A stretch of 64,000 nucleotides of DNA, from the NCBI GenBank assembly GCA_051362555.1, contig CM120643.1:29268848-29332847 (forward strand), written 5' to 3'. Positions 37,833 through 49,700 of this stretch are shown piece after piece; the first letter of the stretch is position 1; each line of letters begins with the position of its first letter. Position numbers and translations under genes: made by a program. The notes beneath the pieces were generated by a model. It made no database searches, was not told the origin of the DNA, and was given only the letters and a program-made list of their open reading frames with translations. This DNA comes from Lingula anatina (Eukaryota; Animalia; Brachiopoda).

Positions 37833-40399
37833 CCTATGATAGGGCTTTGTTGTTTTTTTGTATGGAATTACGGTCTGAAATTAAATAGATACATTTCCAG
37901 ACGACAAGCCTCTTTCTGGGAAGGTTGCCGTGGTAACAGGAGCTTCGAGCGGTATTGGTGCTGCCATCTCTCGGCACCTGGCAGCGGCAGGAGCTAAGGT
38001 TGCCATGACAGCAAGGCGCGAAGAGATGTTAAATGAGTTAAAAGAAACAATTAAAAAAGAAGGTGGCGAGGCGATTGCTTTGAAATGTGACGTGTCGAAC
38101 AGAACTCAGGTACTTTTGTTTTCTGCACACGTTCACAGCTGATTTAAACCAAAACTAAGACCCCATTCAGAATGGATGATCCGAGTAACTACTGATCCGC
38201 CGACTAAATACTACATTTCAAAGCGACGCCGCTGACTCGTGATGGTCTCCCCGCCTCCACACGATCCTTACAACAGATTAAATCTCTACTCCGAGGTTAA
38301 AATGCCACCTGGAGACCATGAGACCATTAGGAATCAGCGGCATCGATTATTACTCGGACCATCCATTGTGAATGGATCCTTATCGGATCTCGGACACTTT
38401 CTCTAAACGCGCTCAGATCGGTTTCCAATCACAGATTTTAGACCTTCCCTTTGTAAGAAGTAAGAAGTTTGTAACATGTCATAGATATCTCATGAATAAT
38501 ATTTCTTAAAATTATCCAATTTTTATGCTTGAGCTCAAGACAGTCTTCCAACATGCCTTAAATTTAATTTTCATTCTTACACAAAATGTTATGACTTATC
38601 AGTTATCTGTTGTATTACATCTTTAACATATTATTAAACGTGTTTGAAATGAATTTCTAAGGTATATTTTGTTGGTGTTAAATAATAATAATAATATGGA
38701 AAAGCAGGCCACACATTCGTGTTCAGGTCAAAGAGATGATAAAGCAGACAGAGGAGTCCTTTGGTCCCGTGGATATTTTGGTCAATAGTGCTGGGGTGTG
38801 GTACTTCTCCTTTATGAAGAACGCGCAAGAAGACGAATGGGAACGCACCGTCGACGTTAACATCAAGGTAAAGGATAAAAAACTAAATTTAGTTGAATTA
38901 TTGAATCAATGGCTTTTTAATGCTAGAATAAATTTCATATCAGTATACAAGAAAGACTCTAACACTAATAACTTTTAATTAAAATTATAAGGTTCAGATA
39001 TCGTACTTCTGTGAAGTGTATATTTGGTATGGTGTACCTTGACAATCAAGGAAGAAGTGTTCATACTTTCATGGAAATGAATATATTATTCACTGTGAAA
39101 TAAATTTAATTCTGTTTAGTGTCTTTAAGTATATTGGTTTCTTTTTTTCAAAAAATTAAAGTCATTTCTGTTTAAGGGTGTCCTAAACTGTATCGGAGCA
39201 GTGCTAAGTGGCATGTGTAAAAGACGAAGCGGGCACATTGTCAACATTTCTTCAGAAAGCGGCAGAATGGTAATTATTAAAGTTAGTCACATGTGGTAAA
39301 GGTCACGATTTTAAACACAGAAAGATATGGCAAGCATATTTCATTTCTTTTCCTTCCTTTCTTTCTTTCCCTTTTTTATCAATTGGCCATCATGTGACCA
39401 TAAATATGCCATGACTACAACTTCATTAGGTGTATAAATACATGGGAGAATAGATAAATAAAAGAAATTAATCAAAACAATATATATATAATATTTGGGT
39501 TACCAGGCGTCTATCGGGATGGCAGTTTACACCGGCACTAAGTTCTTCATGGAAGGAATGACACGAACGCTGAGGCAGGAGGTATGCAAAGAAGGGTCAA
39601 GGTGACCTGCGTTCAACCAGGAGCCGTGGACACGCCAGGGCTGACGGACTCTTGCTTAGTGATGGACGACGAGGTATTCTGGGGCATGGTGGCTGGGGGA
39701 CGGCTACATACTATACAGAGAATACATAGGGGTCACGTGATCACCCCTCCTTGTCCTCGGGAACATCTCTTTCGTCCTACCCCACAAATTAAAAGATGGA
39801 CGTGAATTATGTATATAGCAAGAGAACAGAGTCAAAAACATATAAATCTTATCCATGTGCGCCAGATATTGTAGTAAAATTATACTTGTTCAAGCAAAAT
39901 TCTGGGTCAATCGGATTCGGAGCGTTTACAGAAGGCAAATTTACAAAAAAACGAAACGTAATTTAATGTTTCGAGATTTGGGGGGGGGGGGGGGGGGGCT
40001 GTGAACATTTGAGCGTTCTGACAGTGTCCATTTTATAGTAGTAATTTAAAAAATATTTTAGTTTAACATTTTAAGAGTTTCATACAAGAATTTGGAACTT
40101 CTTCTGTAGACAAGCTATGATTTTTAAATTGTTAAATCACTCAATCTTCAAGATATTTTATCGATACAGTTGACATTGCCAATCTCCTTATTCCATTATC
40201 AAAATGAAAATCTTCATTTATCCATTCATTCCACCTGTTCCTTTTGTGATTTCAGTGCAAGAAAATTTACAGTGAAGTTGCAGAAGGCATCAAAGTTTCA
40301 GCTGACGATATTGCTCGTGTTGTGTTATATGCCTTGAAACAACCGGATGAAGTGTCCCTCAACGAAGTTCTTATTCAGCCACGAGATGCTCCACTTTAA
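37597..40399 (+). pseudogene. SDR copy 6, frameshifted (pseudogene or assembly error)
   Basis: Exons 37597-37626, 37901-38109, 38727-38867, 39177-39269, 39507-39673 and 40256-40399. Exon 1 is +2 nt and exon 5 is -1 nt (GGG versus GGGG) relative to copy 5. Confidence 0.75.
38159..38379. mobile_element. Foldback MITE (PIF/Harbinger-like)
   Basis: TAA|GACCCCATTCAGAATGGATGATCCGAG ... CTCGGACCATCCATTGTGAATGGATCC|TTA. Confidence 0.62.
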
Positions 40400-41828
40400 A
40401 AATGGGAACCTCGGAAAGTATCTAATACAACTGAACAGTAGTGGGTACAGAAGTTTACTACAGAAGGAGGCAGATGGGTAGGGTGGGTTGGTGGAGGTGG
40501 GGGTGAGGGGTGGGGGGTGGGGTGGGGGCAAAAGGCTTAAAGCCACGCTTGACGAAATTCAAACGGAAGGCAAGGACATTTTAGAGCACGAGACTGAAAA
40601 ATTCATACTTTTGACTGCTTTTGCTCATTAAAATTTATTTATTTATTTGAGAGAGAGAAGGAGTCAGGGGTATATATCTACAGATAGGAACATAAGGGAG
40701 GAGTCACGAGCCTACATGTAGGCTACATACACTGGATACGCCCTTCGATCGTCTATCGTCTGTTATCTACCATGTGCTAGGTTGATGATAAAAAGTACAT
40801 GTAGTTCAGATCGATATCTGTAGTCTACTTTGTAGTCCAATATTGCACTAAATTTCGCGTGCCTCGTCTTATGCAGAGAATAATAATTAAAAAAACTTTA
40901 CCTCTTCGGCTGGTCACTTAATTACTATCTATCCTAATAAGGTAAGACTTTAAAATATTCCCAAATAAATAAATGGGCATACAACTACAGATAAAACAAT
41001 ACTGGTTTTTGTACAATGTGCTTTTACATGACCGCCAATCAAACGAGAGCAATAAATAACTGCTTAATTATGGAACTGGGCAATTTAAAGGAGTTCGAGC
41101 GTCTTTAAAGAAAATACAGTCAATATACATGAATATATAATCCTTGCGATGATTTTGACCAGTAGCGAGGCCTATGAGATGAGTAACAATAAATTCTTGG
41201 TTTGTTTAGGAAATAATAAAATTAATAAAGAAGAATGCGTCCTTTTCTACGTGCATGTCGATCCGATAACTATGAATAATTACAACGTTTCTGAATGTAA
41301 AACAGGCCTATGTGCCCTTTTTGTAGGCTCCATCTCAGCCTACTACGCACCCAAACCTAATATACAGAGGTGTATTTGATGTCACAGGAATGCTGTTATA
41401 AATAAAGTATTTAGTGCACAGATTGCAAACTATGTTTAATTAAATTTGGGTCTCGTGGACGTGAAGAAGTTTCATTGTCCTCGAACCATATGAAGAATAA
41501 AAGATAATTCATCATCTAACCCCAAAAGGAACATGCACCGGTACGTTCGTTACCGTCACAAATGGAAAACTATCAGCTGACTTTGAAAATTCGATCAGTA
41601 CTGTTTTTCTTAATAACATTGTAAAAACATGATAATTTTCTGTAGGCATATAGCGCGATGTATATTTTTATGCGCGATTTAGGCTTGTTTGTCACTGAAT
41701 ATTAAAAAAAAAAATAAAAAGAAAAATGCAACATGCTGACAGAAAAAAGCAATGTTTTTTGTAGTGCAAAAACTTCAAATAATCTTGGATCCGCCCCTGA
41801 CTACTTTGATTTATTTAATGCACACTTA

Positions 41829-42419
41829 CAAGGTTGCTACTTATTATGGAATATTTTTTATCATTGTTATTTTTGAGTGCTGATTAAATATTTTTTGGCC
41901 TGATTCATCAAAAAGTATGTCATTGAGTAATAAAAGTATCCAGTCTTCTGTTGTGGTCAATAATATCAAATCTGACATAAGATGTCATTCAAAAGAAAAG
42001 AACACCCCCAGAAAACCATATCAACAGTTTGATAGCAAATTAACTTTAAACTAAGATATTAAAGAAAATGATAGCCTCCGGACAGTGGTAGGGGCCTATG
42101 TTATATTTTCTTTAAGGTACCTGGCAAGTTTCAGAGCGATCCCTTTGTTGCTTCTCTTAATACACTCCAAAGATTGACCAAACCCATGCGTTTTTATACA
42201 AGGGCAGAAATTGCCGAAAAGACCACCCCTCACATTTCTGACCACAGAACATGCATGCAACTGCATGCATCAATTGTTTCGAGAGTTGTGTGGTAATTAG
42301 GTAACACACCTGGCTACACATGGAGTAGTTTTGTATTTAAAAGAGTAAGAGAGAAAATAAATATTTTGTAGAAAATTTACTCGCCAAAAAATAATATTCC
42401 ATATTAAGTAGTAACCCTG
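41829..42419. mobile_element. Internally deleted derivative of the 9376-14984 Tc1 element
   Basis: Same TIRs with TA flanks. Colinear with 9376-9458, 13435-13622 and 14665-14984; transposase missing. Confidence 0.9.
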
Positions 42420-42891
42420 TAAATTGGATTCGGGTGACTATTTTAATTAGGCCCTATATGTGCGTTTCGGCAACCGCCTTTAATTTATTGTTCTTAATGA
42501 TTTAACATAAATATAAGTCAAATTTATTGCAGTTTTTGTTTTTAATTTGTTTAACAAAACAAGCATTTGGAAAATGGAAATCCTAATACACATAAAGTGT
42601 CTTCATCATCTGCCACGCAGGTTACGTACATGCGTTCATCAAGAACTGGCAAAATCAAGTAGCGGAGTTATATTTATTTACCGGAAATAACTACACCGAC
42701 TGACGTATGCGTGCTGCGGCTGGCAATTTCACAAGAACTGTGCGTGAAGTTAATACCCCTTTAAGCAAAGCTTGTGTTCATATCTATCAAAAAAGCAAAT
42801 TTACCAAAAATTATACTACAAATATTTGTCAACGTACACTTTTTATTTAATACGTCTGACGTGTTCAAAATATAGTACCATTAGTGCCAAG

Positions 42892-43699
42892 ATGGCCGAC
42901 CACAGACGTGTCCTTCCGATCTTCGCAGTATTTTTACTGCTACATTGCGTATGGGGGGAAGGCGAAATTAACCAAAATGCTCTCCCGAACGAGAATTCTA
43001 ATTCACATCATGAGATACCGTTGAAGCGACAAAAACGTATCGAAACAAATGGAAATGGACAGTTTGCGAACGCTATCAACATGCAACAACATCCGCGGCA
43101 ACCAGCGGGGGCCGTCCCCCAAGTGCCGGCTGGCGGGCAGGGGCAGGGAAACATGCAACAACAAGGCAACCAAATCGGCGGAGGAGGATTGGCATTTAAA
43201 CAAAACCCTGCCGTTGATTATAAAAGCCCAAACCGGAGTCCGGGGAGCTTTCAGCAGCAACAACAAGCTGCCCACCCCACGCCTCCTATGAAACTTGCAG
43301 AAAACCCTGACTGTAAGGAGGAGATAAAACATTACTGCAGCCACAACCTTGCCAACTCCATGAGCAATAATTTCGCCGTGTTGGATTGCTTGCAGAATGA
43401 TCTGAAGGTGAGTTTGACGTCGAGACTTGTTGTTAGACAGTATAGATAATTGTTAGGCTATCCAATGTCTGACAGTGAACTTTAGAGTTACTGTGAATGA
43501 GGGAAATGAAATATATGCTGAGGAACACAGAGGGGAAAATAGCTGTGGGTTGTCAGTATATATAAGCGTCCACATGGGGGGCAGTAGTTCTACTGGAAGG
43601 AGTACTAGTAGGGTAATGCTTTCTCCTGTTGTAACCATGTACTCTCCCACCCCCTTGTATTCTACCAGTGCACCCCCTCCCACCCACCCACCCACACCC

Positions 43700-43730
<31 letters not shown>

Positions 43731-46700
43731 ACACACAAATCCTTTGGACCCTTCTCTGATCTCATTGCATAGTCATTGACAGCTGAAGCCTTTTAAATAG
43801 TGCATCTGAACAGAATGAAGTTCACAAAAATTACTGGAGGAGGCTGTAGCGTGAGTTGCACAAATGTATCTCAGCATCTGCCCCAACTTTGTGTCTGCAG
43901 TTCTGGACTTGTTTCTGAAATTTCTTTGGCTGTTACAATATGGTTTTAATTAAGTCTTAGAAACATTTTCCTTTTGCTTTGTGGATGTAAATAGGTGTCT
44001 TAAACATATCCTGTATTATGATCTGCCATTGCATTCCATTATAGAGTGTAAGTCGACGTTTACCTGATTTGATGATCTGGTAGAATTCAACAATAATAAT
44101 AGTAAAATAAAAATTCTTCATACTCATATTATAATGATCACAAAAATGAATTTGGTTCATTTTATCATTTCACAATTTTTGCATTGTGTAACACTTGTAG
44201 GGAACAATATTTTGACAGTGTTATATAAGGTTAATAAATTCTCCCCCATGATTTATACAGGTACTAAGTCACATGGGCTTAGCTGCAGGGGGTGGGAGGG
44301 GGGGGGATTACGGGCCAAACGATGCAACTGCTTTCTATTGTATTTGAGGTTGAAGACCTTGTTGAAACTTTCTTCTGGTGTATGTGAAAAGAGATATTTT
44401 TCTGAAATGACATTAATTTATTGGTAATGCAAGTCCAAATGAAATAAATCAACAAACTTGTCAGTCATATATTACTATCAGTCTATGTTACCTGCATGTG
44501 GCTGAGAATTGTCTTCTCCCTGGATCTGTAGTACACATAAGGATCTAAAGCTGATTATTCAAAGTGAAGATTTGACTCATCTTCAAGTGATCTGAAAGGA
44601 AACAAAAACAATACCTGTCACAACCACACTCAAAGGCAATATTTCCCTCATTGATGGCAGTTCAGAAAGTATTTTATTGCCAGGTTATAAACAGCTGCTG
44701 GCAGTATTTTAGAATTTTTTGCTCAGTATAAATCTGGGTCCAGAGTACAATTGAGTCATAATCAGGTGTTTTATTTTAGACCAGTAATTGGAGGATTAAG
44801 TATGATTGACATATTTTGTTCATTGGAGGTTTTTTCCCTGCATTTTGTAGAATTTTGTGGTAGGTTAAAAGCCATGATTTCCTGGTATCCAAGAAATAAA
44901 TTTTAAGGTGTCTTTAAAAGGATTCCTAATAATGGATGTGGTATGGTAATAAAAAGATATCTCCATACTGGTAGCCAACTTTGTTACTTTACCAGTATCT
45001 TTTCTTCAATATGCCTGAAGTTTTTTTTTTTTTTCAATGAATAAATTCATTTGCTATCAGGGTGTTTCATAAAAACCCTGATTTTGAAGGATATGTAAAT
45101 GTAAGGCTTACTGATAGAGTTTACAAGGGTTTTATTTTTAAATTAATTAATTTGTTTGTTTGTTATTGTTAAAATCCATATCAGTGTGCTTTGTATTGTG
45201 AAAGAACTTATAAACTGATGTGTATCTGTATTTGTTTTTTCATTCAGTGGAGTGAGTTGATTTCAATTTTTTCATGGGTATTACCTGGATTGAAAAAAAA
45301 AACACTTAACCACTTCAGTAACTGATCTCAGTCCTGGATCATGCTGGTATTCATTGTCTGAGCTTGAGTGAGTCTAGTATGTAGCCTGCAAATAGTCTTA
45401 GGCTTCGTTCACATGCAATGTCTATTTTCTATTTTCTATTTTCTATTTTCGGTATGTCTTATGATCACGGTCTGTGCACTGAATATCCCGCCGCGTAATT
45501 ACTGGCAGCGCGAGCCAGTTACTTATAGTAACTTATAGTAACTGGCTCGCGCTGCCAGTAATTACGCCGCGGGATATTCAGTGCACAGACCGTGATCATA
45601 AGACATACCGAAAATTATATAATAGAAAATAGAAAATAGACATTGCATGTGAACGAAGCCTTAATTTCCCAAAGGACACACACACAAATATTGACATCGA
45701 TCACTGTGAAAATCAGTTAAAGAGGGTTTTCATTATTTTTATTGTTAATGTTATATATACATGGCCCTTAATAAGTTCAGTTTGTCTCCAATTTGGGAGG
45801 CTAAAAGCCTTTCAAGCATTGTGTGTTTTTTACCATGCATTTAATGTCTTTCCCATGTCATGTGTGTTTCCTGCACTGCACTTTACCAGTAGTTCATTGG
45901 TGAAGGATGTGCTGAACCATATTTGCTTGCTACAGTTACTTTCCTTGCGAACAGAAAAATAAAGAAGTAAATAAATTAACAAATAAAGAAAATGAGATAA
46001 AATAAGATCAACTAAAATAACTTACAATTAATGTGAATAAAATTTTTTAAAAAATGATGGTAATAATAATGATGATGATGATGATGAATAGAGAAAAATA
46101 TAAGTAAACAAGGAAATGAATAAATAGACTCTTACACAGATACATAAATAGATATCTTTATGATTTATTTCAATAAGGAAGTACATAATGAATAAATAAT
46201 GAGTAAATAGATCTATAGAAAAGTTAAATAGATAAAACTTAAGTCACACTGCAGTGATGCATTAGTGTATTAACGTTAGTGGTCCTATGTCCAGTGTTTA
46301 CCTGGTCACCAAGGGTCACTGGGCTGGAAGTAGTTGTCAGTATAGAGACAGTGTCAACATCAGGGCAGGCACCCATTATTAAAGATGTTTGCATACTTTC
46401 ACTGGCTTTACAACGGTCAGATGCTGGGCGATTGTCAAATGCTGATAATTGTTGTTAATGACAGCCAAGCTACACTTAGTTAATGATTTATTTGTTTATG
46501 TGTTGCTATAGAAATGATTCAAGTATATATTTTTTCCTAGTTGTAATATGGAGAGAAAGGTCTTTTTATCTTTGTTTTAGAATAGAATAACTATGATTTT
46601 TGCAATGTACAGGTCTGGTTAGAAATATGGTACTGGTGTTTGAAAAACGGCAAGTTATTGCTAACAGCAATAAGCTCTCCCCCCTCTCCCACCCCCCTTT

Positions 46701-49700
46701 ACCCCCCTTCTTACCCTGGGGATTAAAACAAAGTTGATTTTCCCAAATAAAATCTGAATTAAGTGATAGAACTAATGAAACACAGTCTCCTTTGTTGGTA
46801 GAGGTAGTAAATTCACTTAAACCAAGTGACATGGAGATCTCTCTCTCTGTGCACAAATCTATGTATGCTGAGACCACCTGTTTTTAATAACTTAGGACCA
46901 TCTGTCCAAATAGGAGTGATAATTTCATTATCCTAGGCCATGTTTCTCCATAGGTCATGACATCCTGATTATACTTAACATGCTGAGGGGAGGTTTACTG
47001 AAGATTTCTGTGAATCCAGGTTACATAATGCATATTAACTCTGAGGAGGAAAGCCAAGCATTGTTATAATTGAACCCTGTTTAGTGGTAAATTGTGAGAA
47101 ATTTGTGAATCTAGAATTGAGGGTCAGTAAATCTAATTAAATACTCTCATAATAGAACTGATTTTTTGCATTTCTTTACAGGAAAATCAGCAGTTGACAC
47201 CCAAATGCCAGCATGTGAGTATGAGTACTATAAGCTGAATTAAAAATTTAATTAAATTTAATGTAATTATTAAAAATGGTGTCTTTTTTAAGCTTCTCTC
47301 ATCCCAAGACTTTATTCTAGTTATTTTATGCTGTCAGGTGTAATAAATGTGCCATAAAATCAATGTGTTAAGCTGTTTATATGACTGTCATATTGTATAC
47401 TCTGTTATATCAGTCAGTGAGAATGGTTATTATATTGTAACTGGTATCAGTTTGAATGTTTTGTTTTATAATGGCATGGATGACATTTCCAATGGTAAAC
47501 CTGAAAGGAAATGGCATTGGATTATATTATGACAGAGAACTATAAAATTGAAGTACACTGAGCTAAAATATAAACGCTTCTTGCAATCTTATCAACAATA
47601 TGGGTAATATACATAGTAAATCATACAGTGTGAATTTTGTTGTTGTGTTCACACATTACTGCCCATAAATACACATTGTCGCCTGAAGCCCAAGTCACAT
47701 AAATGATTCACCTGGGGTTTTATATATTTGCTCAGTGTATATGTTAAAGCTTATTGTTTGATTTTTATTAATGGATTGAATGTTTTATTTTTCCACAATA
47801 GGTTGTGTATGACTACAAGCGTCAGTTAACAACAGATGTTCGTTTTGATTCTGCAGCATTTGAGGTTTGCAAAGACCCACTTTCCAAGGTAAGGAAATAA
47901 TGGGCTCCCATCTCTTTGACCACACGGAGGCTGCAGATGAACACTAAAATTGTTTAGTAATAAAAATGATGATGATGATGATGATGTTAATAATAGTAAT
48001 AATAACAATTATAAAAAAGAGCCAGGTTTAAAGTAATATATGTGTAATAGCAATGCAAATGTCAACTTCATGCCTTGCTGATGAGTGGTGCACCTGACTG
48101 ATACCACAGCGGATGTTCACAACAAAAGACCCAAACATGGAGAATTGTACATTTTTTTTCTGTTCCTCTGAAGTGGTTTACAGTCCTATGTTATGAAGAG
48201 ATAGATCAGTGTACCTTGTACATTTCAGTTCGTTCCATATGATTTCCTCCTTTTTCCTTTCAGCTGCCAGAATGCAACAAGTTACAACAAGGAGGAGGGG
48301 AGATCATTCCCTGCTTGATAGAAAACATGGAGAACATCACCAACCAAAACTGCCAGTTGTTCCTAAAGAAAATGGCCAGTCTTATATTCTCAGATTACCG
48401 TCTCATCAAAAATTTTGTTGAGAGGTGCAGTAACGACATCAGTCGTTTTAAGTGTGGACGGAGTGAGGATGACAGGGATGATGTGAGTTTGAAAACACAT
48501 TAAAGCATATTTATAATTCTGATTGAGGGTTATGATGTTGACTAGCATAACTAGTTTCCACTACATATTTATTTTTGATGAGGGGTTTCTCCAGCATTTG
48601 GGTTACAAGGAGTCCAAAATGTAAATCTGTAATTTGGCCCTTAACAAATATTGAAATTAAGATAATCACTAAAAGACCAGGTTTAATAATACTTCATATT
48701 TAGATTAAGCTTAGAAGAAATTGAAATACACCAAACCTTGAACTACATTACATAAGAAAATATCCTTCTACACGTAATCATAGGGTTATTTATCTGAATA
48801 TATAATTTCAGTCCCCCCACAACCAAGGCAGAACAATCAAGTGTTTAGAGCGTCACTATAGTGAACTTGACGAGGGATGTAATCAGCAGATTATGAGGGT
48901 GGCTGAACTACAGTCTGACGACTATCACATGGACAGGCCGCTCTACTTCGCCTGTAAAGATGATCGCGAGAAGTTCTGTCGAGACGTGAAAGCGGGACAT
49001 GGACGCATCTTTAAGTGCTTGTACAAACACAAATTTGAGAGGACAATGAGCGCAGAGGTAAAGTTTTGACAGTTATTTCTGTATGTTCTGTTTGTTTTTA
49101 TAGGTTATATTTTACTTGGATGTCATGGCTTGAGCACTGCATTTAATAAAATGTTCATTAAAATCTTAGGTTTGAAAACCCCATCAGTAGAATTTTGCTA
49201 ATGATAGATTCACCTAATTGGCCAGTAAATTAACCAATCTCCATGTCACTGTTATTCAGTGCCAAGAGATGGTGACTCTACGCCAGAAGCTGGTGCATGC
49301 TGACTATAAAGTGGGTCATGCTCTGGCAGAGGGCTGTGCTAAGGACATCAAGATGTTCAAGTGTGCCAAACATGCCAGAGAGCACCAGAATCAGCCGGGA
49401 CGACTGTCAGAGATTTTGCTCTGTTTGGAGAATGAGAGGAAGAAAGGTAAGGTCATGGGTAGAAACAGACGGTAGTCACTCGTAAATTCCAGATAGTGAA
49501 AGCACGGGGACGACCCATTGTGACAGGTTACTTTAGTCCTTTCTGACGAGTGTCAGTTTTGATCAGAAACAGTGGTTACTGATGCTACTTCACCATTTCT
49601 GTCAATATTTTCGCATTTATTTTCCGTAAATCTTGTGAATTCAACATATTTTCTCACTTGCTTCCTTTAGAACGTGGGCCGCACCATATTGGATATCACT

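Noticed and set aside
4814-40399. Bacterial contamination or recent horizontal transfer of the SDRs
   Set aside because: All copies have five conserved spliceosomal introns and sit between animal genes. Only an ancient origin question remains, and it needs phylogeny.
42772-42891. N-terminal extension of GLG1 in the ORF track
   Set aside because: It begins at a non-ATG codon. The ATG at 42892 has good context (GCCAAGATGG) and is followed by a signal peptide.
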